Source: Eledone cirrhosa (Eukaryota). From it: DNA of 64,000 nucleotides. This document shows, piece after piece, positions 1-14,807 of this stretch. The notes under the pieces are model-generated. The model made no database searches. It was not told the origin of the DNA and saw only the letters and a list, made by a program, of their open reading frames with translations. Numbering within the stretch: position 1 is the stretch's first letter; every line of letters starts with the position of its first letter. Made by a program: the position numbers and the translations under genes. The stretch is from contig OZ024749.1 of assembly GCA_964016885.1 (NCBI GenBank), forward strand, positions 43,152,001 through 43,216,000, read 5' to 3'.

Positions 1-1424
1 CGTTGATTAAACGCGGTAACGTGTATAAACTATAGGTATACAAGGTAGTACATGGAAAATAAAACAGTGTTAATTTAATACTTAATTGAATTGAAATAGC
101 TGGAAGAACAACAAAGCTAGTGAGATAAATAATAGCTTTGGGTGGATTATCAATTAAACATTTAAGAAATTCTCAATCTGCAACGAAAAGTAAGAACGGG
201 AGACGAGTTATTCACCTCACGGAATCTGATATCGTAGTCGATGCTACAACACAAATAGGTAGTCGTGATAGTTTAGAAGGTAGAGGTAAGGAATATAGAT
301 GAATTGTAGTGTTATGTCACATATTTGGCTAAATTGATGTAGGATATTGGCTTGGAATCTATCCAGGGACTAAAGATAGCAAAGTAAGATAGAGGTGTGA
401 TGAAAGAAACTCTGTTGCCTTTGCCCGAATAAGGAGTCCAAAATAACTGCCTAATTTCTCAGAATATATGAGATACTTAGACGACGAACTAGCAGGGTGG
501 CTAGAACTTCTCAATGCTCAAATTTGCCCAACATTCTTTTTAGGTGGATAAATAAATTTCCAACGCATTAAGGGGACCGTTGTTTCATTTATATCTCTTT
601 CTCATTCTTCTTTCTCCTTCTCTGATAGAAACCAGTTGTTTTAGAACGGCTCCCCTCCCACTACTTAAAGAGTTAACAACACATGACATGGTATGATATA
701 TGAAATATACAGTACTGACTTGAATATAGATAATTATCTGAAGGGCAACATCTTTGTCAAAGACATTTCATTATTTATTTGTGCACCAAATCGCCGCTTT
801 ATAGTAATTGTAATGGCTTACCAAACAAGATTTTAATTTGATTTATTTCCCAAACTGCTGTAGCATAAAACAGAGAATTATAAGTAATATAAGTAATCAA
901 TTTTAATGGAACACTAGTGTAATATTGATCTTATGTTTAAGTCTATCATTAATAACTTCTTAAACCGCTCATAAAAAGGTCAGCTAGTAAAGAAAGCAAG
1001 TCGGTAAAGACAGCGAACGGAGGGTATCTAGTTTTATGTCGTTAGATTCACTAGCGAGTGTTTGGATTAGCTTGTTCTTTACTCGTACATATAACGCTTT
1101 AAAATACTCGAACAGAACAATAAAATTCATCATTGTAATTGCATCCAGTATGTAACAACTTTGCTGTCTCTGACAAATTATAGAAATACTGCTTCGCTAC
1201 TATTTGTATGTGGTTAACATATCTAAGGAAAGAATTGCTGGACATATTTTACAGGGAAAGACCAACGTCATTAAACGCCAGAGGTAGACCACGAGCTGAG
1301 TTGGTCTCGTTTGAGGATCCAGCTGACCACATATGTATACATATGTTGCTTGTAATAAAACCTTCTAGAAGGTGTGTGTGTGTGGTGTGGGATCTGACAC
1401 CACGAGCTTTTTTAGGAATAATAA

Positions 1425-1490
1425 TAATAGTTTCTACTTTCTTTTAGCACGAGGCCAGCAATTATCCCAGTGCATTACTGGTACTTTATT
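1425..1490 (-). mobile_element. SINE 3' fragment (short variant)
   Basis: tttctact..gcacgaggccagcaattatcccagtgcattactggtactttatt is the reverse complement of the SINE 3' end seen throughout the window. Confidence 0.8.
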
Positions 1491-1581
1491 GTGAAATGAA
1501 GAAGTAACATTAAAGAGACTTATTGCAAGATGTTGCAACACCGACTGTGACATCCATCAAGAAGTTTAGGGCATAAATATA

Positions 1582-1583
<2 letters not shown>

Positions 1584-1676
<93 letters not shown>

Positions 1677-1720
1677 AAAATGAAATAAATGGAGGAGTTG
1701 CAGTACGTTACACCACACCC

Positions 1721-1793
<73 letters not shown>

Positions 1794-1892
1794 AATCATG
1801 TATATATATAATACACATAATATAATATGTATACACACACACACACATATATATATATAAATTATGTATATATAATACACATAATATAATGT

Positions 1893-1931
<39 letters not shown>

Positions 1932-1968
1932 AATCATGTATATATAATACACATAATATAATATATGT

Positions 1969-2026
<58 letters not shown>

Positions 2027-2410
2027 CCATAGGAGATAATTAAACTCATTCCTGTATTTGAGAACTTCATAGAAGCATATATAATCAACGGAAATAGATT
2101 CTGTAATCTATTCGTGAACAATGATAAATGCTGCATTCTTTCACGCCCTCTAATCTCTGAGTAGGTGAGAACGTCATCAGAAATCAGTTCATCCATAGTG
2201 GAAGATTATCATTTTACTACAACAGTCATTAAACAACTGCCTCGTAGGCTAAACACTCTTCCGTGAATGGAATGTTCGAAATTAAATGAATTTCTCAAAA
2301 CAATCTCTTTTCTTCAACGTAATTTCAATATCTGTCTGCAAACTGCAAACATGCTCATACATATTATACTACGTCCACATACATATGCATGCATATATAT
2401 ATATGCATAC

Positions 2411-2491
<81 letters not shown>

Positions 2492-3056
2492 TACATATGT
2501 ATATATATATATATATGCATACATATGTATATATATATATATGTGCATACATATGTATATGTATGTTTATATATATATGCATACATATGTATATGTGTAT
2601 GTGTATATATATGCATACATATGTATATGTGTATGTGTATATATATATATGCATACATATGTGTATGTGTATATATATATATGCATACATATGTATATGT
2701 GTGTGTATATATATATTATATATATGCATACATATGTATATATATATATAAATATGCATATATATATATGCATGCATATGTATATGTATGTATATATATG
2801 CATATATATATATGCATACATATGTACATGTGTGTATATATATGCATATATATATATATATATATATACATACTTATGTATATGCATGCATATGTACATA
2901 TATATATGTATACATACATATGTATATATATATGCATACATATGTACATGTGCATATATATATATATATATATATGCATATATATGTATATGTGCATATA
3001 TACATATATATGTGCATATTATATATATGCATATTATATATATATATATATATATA
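1584..3056. repeat. Compound (TG)n/(CA)n/(TA)n/(ATGC-TA) microsatellite field
   Basis: Dinucleotide runs read directly; source of the YI/CV/TH ORFs. Confidence 0.95.
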
Positions 3057-3339
3057 AAACCTTGATGTGTCACGATTTCTTCTGCTCTATTTATTTGAAA
3101 AATCATATCACTGTCAGTAGCATTGTTGCCAAATAATATAATTGGAAACTGAGAGCCTCTTAAAGCATAATCCAGTAGTTCTACTCACCTAATACATTTT
3201 CAAGAATCGAGAATACTCAGAGATACTTTAACATTGACTAGCAAATGTCCGCTATATGGTACTAGACGTTAGTTTCCAGTCACTTACGAGTCGCTCCTTA
3301 AGTTTCAACAATTCACTGTAACACAATATACTGTAAAAT

Positions 3340-3662
3340 GATTTCTAATGTAAGCACAAGGCCAGTAATTTGAGGGGAGAGAAAGCCGATTAAATCGACT
3401 CCAGTACATTACTGGTGCTTTTTTTATCGACCCCGTAAGGATGAAAGGCAAAGTTAACCTCGGCAAGATTTGAACTCAGACCGTAAAGGACCGAAACTCT
3501 ATGCTGCAAAGCATGGTGTCCGACTCTACCGATACTGCCAATCCACCACTGTATAATTGTTTCTACTTTAGGCACAAGGCCAGCAATTACCCAGTGCATT
3601 ACTGGTACTTTATTTTATCGACCCCGTAAGGATGAAAGGCAAAGTCAACCTCGGCGGGATTA
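3340..3662 (-). mobile_element. Two adjacent tRNA-derived SINE copies (full-length 3340-3550; 5'-truncated 3553-3662)
   Basis: Reverse strand shows A-box-like TGGCAGTATCGG, B-box GAGTTCAAATC, core GCCTTTCATCCTTACGGGGTCGATAAAA and 3' end GGCCTTGTGC..AGAAA. Confidence 0.9.
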
Positions 3663-4038
3663 AACATACATGCATATATACATGTTTCTCTTGTGTTTTA
3701 CTAAAGGAAAAACATCAATTTTTATTAGTGGATATTAAAATCAATGAGTTTCCTGTTTACTCCAATTAACTGCAAGTAGATGGGTTTGAAATATAAACTA
3801 AATGTGGTGGAAGTGGGGCGAACAGGACAAAAATAACAGAAATCCCTGATTCTTAGAACTCATTGAGACGCAACGAAACAGACAGAGACAGGCAATATGA
3901 GGTGTAACTTTCGGTGAAATTATATAAATAAAAAAGAAAAAAGAAAAATGATACAAACCAACGTGCATCAACTGAAAAGGAAGAGGGAGTAACAGTGTAT
4001 GTGTGTGTATATGTGTGTATATATGTGCGGGCATATGC

Positions 4039-4082
<44 letters not shown>

Positions 4083-4572
4083 GGCGGGACAAGCCAGGAG
4101 CAAAGAGGCATGGCAGCAAAGAGACATGACCTCTTGTTGTAGGTGTCACAAACCAAAACAAAATCAGAGAGATGTGGCCGGACTAGTCAAGAGAAGAATG
4201 ATGTCCTCTTGTTGTGAGACAATAGCCAGCAGAGGGGGGGGGGGGGCACTTCTATTGTCATTGAGTTTAAAACCTAAAAATATATTAAAATAAATTCAAA
4301 ATATAAATATTAATGAGATGGAAGTTTATTCTACCTTAGATCACATCAGGCTGAGAACAAAAACTATGTTTTAAGTCGTAGGTTCGATTTATTGACTTTC
4401 GCATCACCTCATTGCCTTGTGCCTAAAATAGAAAATAGAAAAAGAAAATTATTAACCATAAAAGTAATTAAACAGGTGCAGAAAACAATCGGCAAGAGTT
4501 GTCAACTTGATAGGAGAGAGGTTAGACTGTAATTGGCCGGTGATCTCGAGAAATTAACAAGATTAATACGGT

Positions 4573-4905
4573 TCGAGTTCAAATCCCGCCGAGGTTAACT
4601 TTGCCTTTCATCCTTATGGGGTCGATAGAATAAAGTACCAGTAATGCACTGGAATAATTGCTGACATTGTGCTAAAAGTAGAAACAAGTATTATAAAGGC
4701 GATTGGTAGTATTGATAGAGCGCTAGAAAAACACTGAAGTATTTAAATACGACCTTCTACATTCTGAGTTCAAATCTTGCCGAAGTAGGCTTTTCCTATT
4801 CCTCCTTCCATGATCGATAAAGTAAAGTACCAGTTAACTACTTAGGTCGATATGATCGATTTTTTTTTACCATTCCTCCAAATTACTGGCCTTGTACGAA
4901 ACTTA
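4573..4905 (+). mobile_element. Two SINE copies (4573-4690 and older 4700-4905)
   Basis: gagttcaaatcccgccgaggttaactttgcctttcatcc core in the first copy; diverged equivalent in the second. Confidence 0.85.
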
Positions 4906-5253
4906 AAAAAATATTAGTATAACAACAAGTGCAACAACAATAGTAATAATAACAAACAAACTTAAAAAATACAATAGGAATTTATAAAAATATTAATATC
5001 AAAATAACAATAGACGAGAAAGGGGGAATAATTCTTCTGAACACAAAATCTAAATGAAATAATTGTACGAAGACATTTGTACATAATTGTTAGTTTATTG
5101 ACAAAATAGCCATTATATTTATCGATTTTTTGTTTCATCAATGGAAATTGTTCAAGCAATATAACATATATTTCAAAAGGTCAACCAACGCACTTATATT
5201 TTTTCATTAATACTGCCCTGCACACGACAATGTGTCGCCTCTACTCTGCATAC

Positions 5254-5302
<49 letters not shown>

Positions 5303-5351
5303 TATGTGCATTTAAATGTGCGTATATGCATATTGCATATAAAAGAATGCG

Positions 5352-5385
<34 letters not shown>

Positions 5386-5429
5386 AATATATGTGCATTT
5401 AAATGTGCGTATATGCATATAAAAAATGC

Positions 5430-5541
<112 letters not shown>

Positions 5542-6759
5542 GTTTGTTTGTTTGTTTGTGTTTAATCTAATTGATATGCATATCATGAAATGATCCATAT
5601 CTTAAACACACATTTGCGTACAAGTCTATGTACAAGCATAATATCCATATCTCTCGGCCCCCTCTCTCTCTCTCCACACACACACATACATACATATATA
5701 CGTACACACACACATCTGTCTATCTACCTATCTACATAATGCATATATAGATAAATATATATATACGCATATATAAATACATATACATATATGCATATAT
5801 AAATATTTATAAATATATAAATACATACACACACATTATATATATATATATATATATGCATAAATTACTTGTGACCATATATACATGTATATTTGCGTGT
5901 GTTTGTGTGTTTCTCGTATATGTGTATTATATAAAACATATGTAGATATGTATTATAGTGTGTATGTCTACGCCTGTTAATACATGTGTGTATGGATATA
6001 TATTGCAATGAGCAAAAAAAAAGTTCTAAGACGGGAGACAGAAATTTCGTGTTACTAAACAAATGGTCGAGAAGTAAGCCAAATGTGCAATTTCTGTATT
6101 AAGTTATATAAACTGCTAAATATTTATGTTGAATGATCAATGAATTGTGACGTGTGCAGTTAGATGCAGTAACGTATAACATGATGCATATATATATATA
6201 TATATATATATATGGTTTCAGTTTTCTCATTGTTTATCAGTACGATCATTAATATAATCAGATTCTTTCCAGTCGTGACCATCATGTCCATATATAGCTG
6301 TATGATCTAAACTGTCCTATCGCGCTATTTAATGTAGTATAGGTCTGATTAGAATGGTAGATATGCTGCTATTTTGTCTGAACCCTTTAGCATTTACATT
6401 AATTTATATATATTATGGTATGTTTGAGGTCAAGGCTTTATCTTGCATAATTGTATCACATAATATCGAATCTATGAAACTTTAATGTTATTTATTTTGC
6501 GAACAATATCTTAACATCAGTATGAGCAGCCGGTTACATCCGGCTTGAATAGAAAGTGAGGAGATAAATCTGGTCGGATGTGGCCGGTTCAAAAGCTAAA
6601 GAGTTAAAGGAGTCGAGTGTCAGATCGATGCAAAGAAACAATCTTTCCACTGGTTTTTCTATTGCCGATACTATCTATACTAATACTATATACTGTCCAC
6701 ATCTCCTGGTAGAACGAGACAGGATTTTGAACAGAGAACACACAATTCCGGCAATCCCT

Positions 6760-6885
6760 TGCCTCTGGAAAATTGTATTTTATTTATCCAGCACGAAAAC
6801 ATGAAAGTCAAATTTAACCTCGATGGGATTTGAACTCAGAGTGCATTTAATCCAACATCTTATCGACTCAGCCACTCCGCCACCA
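6760..6885 (-). mobile_element. Degenerate SINE
   Basis: ttaacctcgatgggatttgaactcaga matches the SINE B-box region. Confidence 0.65.
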
Positions 6886-7314
6886 AGAGTTGCGTTGTGA
6901 AAAAAATTCCTACGGTGAATGGTAGTAGTATTGCTTGATGCTAGGATTTTACTAATCGTATCAGTTTCACAGGCAATGCCTCTTACTCTATAGAGACTTA
7001 ACCATACTGTTAGGATTACAGTCTTTAGAGCGATGTGAATTTATGCTATATATACCTTCACAGTGATGTATTTTGTAATCTTATACCCGCTTTAAATCTG
7101 AATATTCAATATAATTCCATTCATGTGTAATGATCAGCTTAAATCACAACATAGCAATATCTTGGATACATATACTTTTGATCTTATAACATATCTTTTA
7201 GCATCACAGATAAATATCGCAAATTCTCATGGGATCTCTTTGTTTTGTTATTCTCTTTGAGGCTCTACTGATTTGGCTAAATGAACGTATTAAGAAATGA
7301 TTATAATAATAACG

Positions 7315-8123
7315 GGTTATGACTTAGGCACAAGGCCAGTAATATTTGGGTAGAAACAAATTAGATTATACCGAAACCAGTACATCACTGGTACTTTATT
7401 TTATCAGCACCTGTAATAATTGTTTCTGATTTAGGCACAAGGCCAACAATTTTGGGGGAAAGGAAAAGTCGATTAAATCGACCACACTGCATTAGTGGTA
7501 CTTTATCGACCCAGTAAGAATGAAAGGAGGAGTTAATCTCGTCGAGATTTCAACTCAGAACGTAAAGGGACATAGCTCTATGCTGAAAAGCACGGTGTCT
7601 CACGCTCTACCAATACTGCCAATCCACCGCCCTCGTCAACAACTGTAATAATAGTTTCTGATGTAGGCACAAGGCCAAACATTTTTGTGGGGAGGGGAAA
7701 GTGGATTATATGAACACCAGTGCATTACTGGTACTTTATTTTATCGACCCCGTAAGGATGAAAGGCAAAGTTAACCTCGGCGGGCTTTGAACTCAAACAC
7801 CCGCAATAATAAAAGAAAAGGTTGACCTGAGTAGGATATGATCTAAGAACATAAAGAGATGGAGGAAACGGCCAGCCCAACCACTTGAATAATAAATACA
7901 GGCATAACAATGATTTCTAGTATAGGCAGAAGGCCAGTAATTTGGGGAAGAGGAAAGTCGATTAAATCGATCCCAGTACGTTACTAGTGCTTTATTTCAT
8001 CGACCCCCAAAGAATGAAAGACAAAGTTAGCCTCGGCAGGATTTGAACTTAGACCGTGAAGGGCCGTAACTCTAAGCTACAAAGTATGGTGTCCGACTCT
8101 ACCGATACTGCCAATACACCGCC
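7315..8123 (-). mobile_element. Cluster of four co-oriented SINE copies (about 7315-7405, 7418-7632, 7650-7795, 7910-8123)
   Basis: Repeated taggcacaaggcca 3' ends and SINE cores. Confidence 0.9.
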
Positions 8124-8739
8124 CTTCAATATAGGCATGACAATGGGAATAAAACTAGAATGAATAAAATGTAAAATTAATGAATCAGGTTTTTGAACTC
8201 AGAAGATTGTGGCTCAAAACTAAATAATGTTATACACTTTATTCGATGCCAATGCATTGGCGTTTCTGTCAGTTTTCTTTCTTTCTATTTGCTCTTTATG
8301 ATAATAACGGTAACAGAGTGAAAGTTGTAACGAAAGAAATATGAAACAAAAAGAAAAACGATTGTCATAAAATTAAAACATAGAAGAGAAAATAAAAAAG
8401 AAACCACTTTGAGCATGATCACAAAAAAAGAGAATAGCCGCAATCAAGTATTATGGAACAGTGGTTCGGCTACCAACCGTGAAAAAGAAAAAAAGGCAAA
8501 AAAAAAAAAAAAAATCTCAGCATACAATAAACTATCTAAAATAACTGGAGAAGAAGATGAATGAAAAAGTCAAAGGAAAATCAAAAAGCAATAAATATCT
8601 GAGAATGACTATAATAATAAAGTTGTATAGAGGAATTAACTGTGTCAAAATCTCTTTGATTGTGATCCCATTAGAAGTTAATCAAGGTTGGTAGCAGCAT
8701 TGCTGTAATCCTCCAGTGTAAATAACTTGATAAATGACG

Positions 8740-9360
8740 TGATTAGAAATAAGATCAACAACTGTAACAAGAACAACAGTAATATTAACAACGCTAGCGA
8801 TATCAGTTGAATGCTATCAGTAATAATATCAATAGAGATAACAACAACGCACACAACAACAACAGTAACAACAACAACAAACACTGCGAGCACAACAACA
8901 AAAACAACAACATCAACAGCAACAATAACAACAACAACCACTGCGAACACAACAACAGCATCAACAGCAACAGCAACAATAACAACAACAAACACTGCGA
9001 GCGCAACATCAACAGCAACACACTTAAAGCACAACAACATCAAAAACAACAACCACAACAACAACCATAACCACAGCAACAACAACAACAACCACAACAA
9101 CCACAGCAACAACAATAACCACAGCAACACCAACGGCAACCACAACAACAACAACAACAACACCACCACCAACAACTCCAACAACCACATCAATACAGCA
9201 ACATAGCAACAATAACAATAACAACAATACACTGCGAGCGCAACAAGAACAACCACAATATCCAACACAGATAACAAACACAACAACGATATCAACAACA
9301 ATATCAAGTGCAGATAACAATATCAACCATAACAAGATAATCAACAGCAGATAACAAGAT
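8740..9360. repeat. Degenerate (CAA)n low-complexity tract with recurring cactgcgagc motif
   Basis: CAA/CAC/CAG triplet runs; ORFs are poly-N/T/Q or poly-L/V. Confidence 0.9.
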
Positions 9361-9739
9361 AAACGACTGATGTTGTTGTTTATGATATATATTGATTAAA
9401 TATAAATAATAAAATTGAAATTAATTTTCAAACTAGAATATAAAAGAATTGTCATTTAAAAGTTCTAAGTATTCAGAAACAACAATGACAATAACAGTAA
9501 CAACAATAACAATAATGACAAAAATAGAATGAAAAATATTATACAATGTGTTAACTCATTCTTTCAACGGTTGTCATATTTCCTTGCTACAAAGTTTATC
9601 ATGGTCGTTTCAGATATAGAAGATAGATTAATATCTCCTTTAAAAAGTATGTAAATTTAGTCCATTAGAGACACTCCTGCGTATATTTCAATCCATTTAC
9701 ATACAGTAGACATAATATATATGAGAAAATAAAAACGTC

Positions 9740-10205
9740 ATCCAGAGCACTTTGCGCTATTTTTTACGACTCTATATGCTTTGATTTCAAAACCTGATGA
9801 AGCTAACTTTCCCTTTGATCCTTTTAACGTCGATAAAAATGTACGTGACCATTTAGTACTGAGGTAGATTTTTCCACTGTAAGTCTGTTTTACTTCCTCA
9901 CTATCACACACTCTTTCCTTATCTGGACAAAATCTGCTATGTTCAGATCAAGAGAGGACTGGCTTCCGCCAAGTTACGAAAACAAAATGCCTTTACCATT
10001 CCATCAGAAGCTACGGGACCATACATAGGAAGGTCGGCTGAACAGATGAAAGGCTGATTTATGAGTTCAAATCCTGCCGAGGCTAGATTTGCATTTCATC
10101 CTTACGATGTCAACAAAATAAAGTACCAGTGACACACTGGCGTCGATTTAATAAACTTTCCCCTCCTCCAAAATTGTTGGCCATGTGACTATAGTAGAAA
10201 TCATT
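9740..10205 (+). mobile_element. Two diverged SINE copies (about 9740-9880 and 10060-10205)
   Basis: gagttcaaatcctgccgagg..tttcatccttacgatgtcaacaaaataaagtaccag in the second copy; weaker match in the first. Confidence 0.7.
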
Positions 10206-10689
10206 ATCATGAGTGCGAATGTTTTACCCTTTCAAGTGCCTCATAATTTCAATCTCTATCTTTAGATCTTTGTATTAGATTAATTAGATTGTCAAATTAT
10301 TTTATTGGTGTGTTATTATCTGATGAAATACTCATATTAAATACTATACAGGTTATTTCTTCCTAACTAATTTCATTGCGTGTTGTCACTGCATTATCAA
10401 GGACAGTTCTGTGCGCCTTGGTTACGCCAAGAGTTGATTTTGGTGCTGTTTCTATTGTCATAAAAGTACTCTTCGTAATAGATATGCAGTGCCAAATAAT
10501 ATGTTCTATAAAGTTATATTTATTAGTATCGTGGCTTTAGTTACGTTTCTGATTTTGGCTTTTTCTTTGAATATAATTCCCAGAGTCCCCATTAATACGG
10601 AGATTGTTTCTGTTTTCATTATAGACATTATAGACTTTTCTATTGCTAGATTCTATATTTGGATAATTCCTCCATTTCCTTGATAAATA

Positions 10690-10750
10690 TAATTGTTTCT
10701 ACGTTAGGCACAAGGCCAGCAATTGCCCAGTGCATTACTGGTACTTTATT
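10690..10750 (-). mobile_element. 5'-truncated SINE with target-site duplication ttccttgataaatataat
   Basis: Identical direct repeat on both sides of a SINE 3' end. Confidence 0.85.
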
Positions 10751-10869
10751 TCCTTGATAAATATAATGTTGTCTGTGGGGTTTGATATGTCAATTACAAG
10801 ACATTTATGTTCTTTATTACGCTTGACAACTCGCCCATTGTCTTTATTATTATTATTATTATTTCTTAT

Positions 10870-11065
10870 TATTGGCAGTATCGGTTGAGTCTCAAACAGC
10901 ATGCTTAGTGGCATCGAGTTACGACCCTTTACGTTATGAGGTCAAATCCCGCTGAGGTCAACTTTTCCTTTCGTCCTTACGGGTTCGATAAAATAAAGCA
11001 CCCGTAATGTACTGCAGTCGACTTTCCCTTTCCCCAAAAATTGTTGGCCTTGTGCCTAAAATTAA
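10870..11065 (+). mobile_element. SINE
   Basis: ttggcagtatcgg head, B-box-like region, core and 3' end. Confidence 0.85.
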
Positions 11066-11124
11066 GGACTGTGTGTAAACGGCCCCCATATTTGACTTTA
11101 ATATTGTTTCCCCCACCCATACTT

Positions 11125-11355
11125 GTATGTGTGTATGCATATGTGTGTGTATGCATGTATGTGTATGCATATGTATGTGTATGCATGTATGTGTGTGTAT
11201 GCATATGTGTGTGTATGCATGTATGTGTGTGTATGCATATGTGTGTGTATGCATGTATGTGTGTGTATGCATATGTGTGTGTATGCATGTATGTGTGTGT
11301 ATGCATATGTGTGTGTATGCATGTATGTGTGTGTATGCATATGTATGTGTATGTG
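11125..11355. repeat. About 34-bp higher-order (TG/TATGCA) minisatellite
   Basis: gtgtgtgtatgcatatgtgtgtgtatgcatgtat repeated. Confidence 0.85.
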
Positions 11356-11804
11356 TATGATTGTTTGTGTATCTGTTTGTTCATTTGATAGTGTCTCTTT
11401 TCTCAGGAAATATTATTAAAATCTGCTGTTGTTGTTTTTAAACCTCGATCAAACGTCAGTATTTGACCAGAATTAATTGCTGATCACAATAAATTGTAAA
11501 TTAACTGAAATCCTCTGACAAAGGAATCCATTGATGCGATACCTGTTATGTTTACATTCACATGACGTCTCAACAGCTGACTGATTTCGTCTTACCCCAC
11601 CTGCTTTTAGAGTAATACATATACAGCAACATTAACACACTGAGACATACACACATACATACTCACATACAAATACTCACACACATACTCACATATACAC
11701 GCAAGCAAAACACCAATATATGAAAAAGAATATATAAAGGATGATGACGATAATGGTGATTATGATGATATTGATGGCGGTAGTGATGACGATGATGATG
11801 GTGA

Positions 11805-12013
11805 TAATGATTTCTGATTTAGGCACAAGGCCAGCAATTTGGAGAGAGGTGAATGTCGATTAAATCGACCCCAGTGCATGACTGGTACTTTATTTTATCG
11901 ACCCCGTAAGTATGAAAGGCAAAGTTAACCTCGGCGGGATTTGAACTCGGAGCGTAAAGGGCCGTAACTATGCTGCAAAGCATGGCGTCCGACCCTCTAT
12001 GGCCAATCCACCG
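11805..12013 (-). mobile_element. Full-length SINE
   Basis: Complete head-core-tail on the reverse strand. Confidence 0.9.
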
Positions 12014-12617
12014 CCCTCCTTATAATAATACAAATAATAATAATAGCAACAACACAACGATGACACGATGATGATGGTAAAGAAAGAGCAACAACAGCAG
12101 TAGATCAGAACTTGATTAATGACTGTAGCTACAATAGTTCACTTTGTTGTAGACATGCATGGGAGATCTTTTGCATGATAATAATAAAAAAAAAAGACAG
12201 GATGTTGATGATAAGAGGAACAAAATTGATGACATTTACTATTATTATTTTTAATTTTTTGTGTCTAGATATGCTTGGATACCGATTGCATGATGATAGC
12301 GTATAAAGATAGAACAGAAATTTAAAAACAAAATAAAGCAGAAACAAGGAAATCACTCAAATGTACAGGACACTGAATTTTGTGAAAATAAATTTTACAT
12401 TTTATCTCTGTTCTGTTCGATGTTTCAGTTTGGATGAAACTCAAAAGTTGTAATTATGAATTATAGGAAAAATAGTGAAGGGTGGTGTGGTGGTACGTAA
12501 GTCACTTGTTGGAAATGGCAAGTCAGCTTTTTATATCAATATCATACTCAACACTGTAGTCGTCGTCGTGGTCATCACCAACGCCATCGTCCTCGTCATA
12601 ATAATCCACGTCATTAT

Positions 12618-12800
12618 AGATTGGCAGTATCGGTAGAGCGTCGAACAACATGCTTCACGTCTTAGAGTTACGGCCCTTTATGTTCTGAGTTCAAATCCCG
12701 CCGAGGTTAACTTTGCCTTTCATCCTTACAGGGTCGATAAAATAAAGAACCAGTAATGCCATGAGGTAATTGCTGGCCTTGTGCCTAAATCAGAAACCAT
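12618..12800 (+). mobile_element. SINE (short variant)
   Basis: gattggcagtatcggtagag..gagttcaaatcccgccgagg..gccttgtgcctaaatcagaaac. Confidence 0.9.
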
Positions 12801-12982
12801 TATTACTTTCATTTTCATGAGTTTCGTTGTTTTCGTTATCTTACTAATCATAATAATGTTCATTATCACCACAAACACCAAGACAATCGTTAACATCACT
12901 GACACCATCATCACACCCAGAAAACCTAAAACCAACAACCCTTTGTTTCGTCTGCCAGGCGATGCGACAAATATATTGTATT

Positions 12983-13532
12983 AGCAATGCAAAGACCAAT
13001 GGAAACATTGATTCCTTGGTCAGATCTAACGACATTAGATAGATGTAGCAATGCAAAGACCAATGGAAACATTGATTCCTTGGTCAGATCTAACGACATT
13101 AGATAGATTTAGCAATGGAAAGACTAATGAAAACATTGTTTCCTTGGTCAGATCTAACGACATTAGATAGATTTAGCAATGGAAAGACTAATGAAAACAT
13201 TGTTTCCTTGGTCAGATCTAACGACATTAGATAGATGTAGCAATGGAAAGACCAATGGAAACATTGTTTCCTTGGTCAGATCTAACGGCCATTAGATAGA
13301 TTTAGCAATGGAAAGTCCAATGGAAACATTGTTTCCTTGGTCAGATCTAACGACATTAGATAGATTTAGCAATGGAAAGACTAATTAAAACATTGTTTCC
13401 TTGGTCAGATCAGACGACATTAGATAGATTTAGCAATGGAAAGACTAATGAAAACATTGTTTCCTTGGTCAGATCTAACGACATTAGATTGATTTAGCAA
13501 GGAAAAGACCAATGGAAACTTTGTTTCCTTGG
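12983..13532. repeat. 64-bp minisatellite, about 8.5 copies, each with two hairpins
   Basis: Unit starts (agcaa) at 12983, 13047, 13111, 13175, 13239, 13304, 13368, 13432 and 13496. Confidence 0.95.
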
Positions 13533-14668
13533 CCTGCCCTTCTAACTGACAGATATTATCAGCAATGAAAAAATAACGGAAACATCATTTCCCTGACTCA
13601 ATCACAACAAGTAGATATCATATTATCAACAATCGAAAGACGAATGCATACATTTTTCCGCCGTCTGATTTATAGATCGACTCATTTATACCGTTTTGTA
13701 ACCATAATCCTCCTTAATAGAATAGTAAAAATGTCTATACATAGACAGGTGTGATCCTGTTAGGACGGCTATTTTAATCAGTTTGAGCGTCATCCTGGGA
13801 ATATTAACTGGCACAAAACTAGGATTCACGGATTTTATGAATAATTATTTGTCTGAAATTTTATCACATCTAAACACTCTGATCTGATATGTAATAAAAA
13901 AAAAAAAAAAAAAATCTGGCTTAATGAGAAACCATAACATAAAACAATATGAATTCACATAAAAAGACCAAAGATGATGACGTAACAAATAAAAATAATA
14001 ATAATAATAAAAATGGTATGATGTAGATGAGGATGAGGGTAAGGAGGACAATAATAATAATAATAATAATAAATAAATAAATAATCAAGCTATTTATATC
14101 AGCTAGCAACAAGAATAATTACCAAAATCATATTCCAGACACTATACATTTCATTGATTATTAATATATTATATTTTATTTAAGAAAAACCTAGAAACAC
14201 CCAGCATCATCATGTTATTTATTATTTGGAGAGCTTTTAGCGAAATTGAATAATACATTATAATATCAACAATGTAACAAAGTCTGTTACAATACCTTTG
14301 GAAGACATGCAGTGAGAGAACAGTGAATGGCAGCTATTATTCCGCCATTATCTAAACCCCAACTCCACCCTGCTTCAAACATATCTCTCCAATCCACTTT
14401 ATAACCCCATTATCTTCTCATTTTTATTGATTTAACCAGAGGATTTTATGGTATATATATATATATATATACATATATATACACACATATATATGTATAT
14501 ATATATACACACACACACAGATATATATATATGTGTATACGCACACACACAGACATATATGTATATATATATACACACACAGATCTATATATGTATATAC
14601 GCGCACATGGATATATATATGTATATACGCACACATAGATATATATGTATATATATATATACACATAG

Positions 14669-14702
<34 letters not shown>

Positions 14703-14761
14703 AGATATATGTATATACATACACATAGATATATATGTATATATACACATAGATATATATG

Positions 14762-14807
<46 letters not shown>

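Noticed and set aside
1-520. Non-repetitive stretch possibly from a decayed element or exon
   Set aside because: No sustained reading frame or recognisable motif; left unassigned.
2115-2192. Minus-strand CUGAUGA..stem II..GAAAG hammerhead or SECIS candidate
   Set aside because: Stem II pairs, but the stem I and III registers and the UH site do not fit; SECIS helix geometry is also wrong.
8678-9344. Poly-N/T/L/V ORFs resembling mucin or membrane proteins
   Set aside because: Degenerate (CAA)n open in most frames, with no domain or splice support.
12983-13532. CRISPR-like array of palindromic repeats
   Set aside because: No unique spacers, no cas genes and a eukaryotic context; it is a plain tandem repeat.
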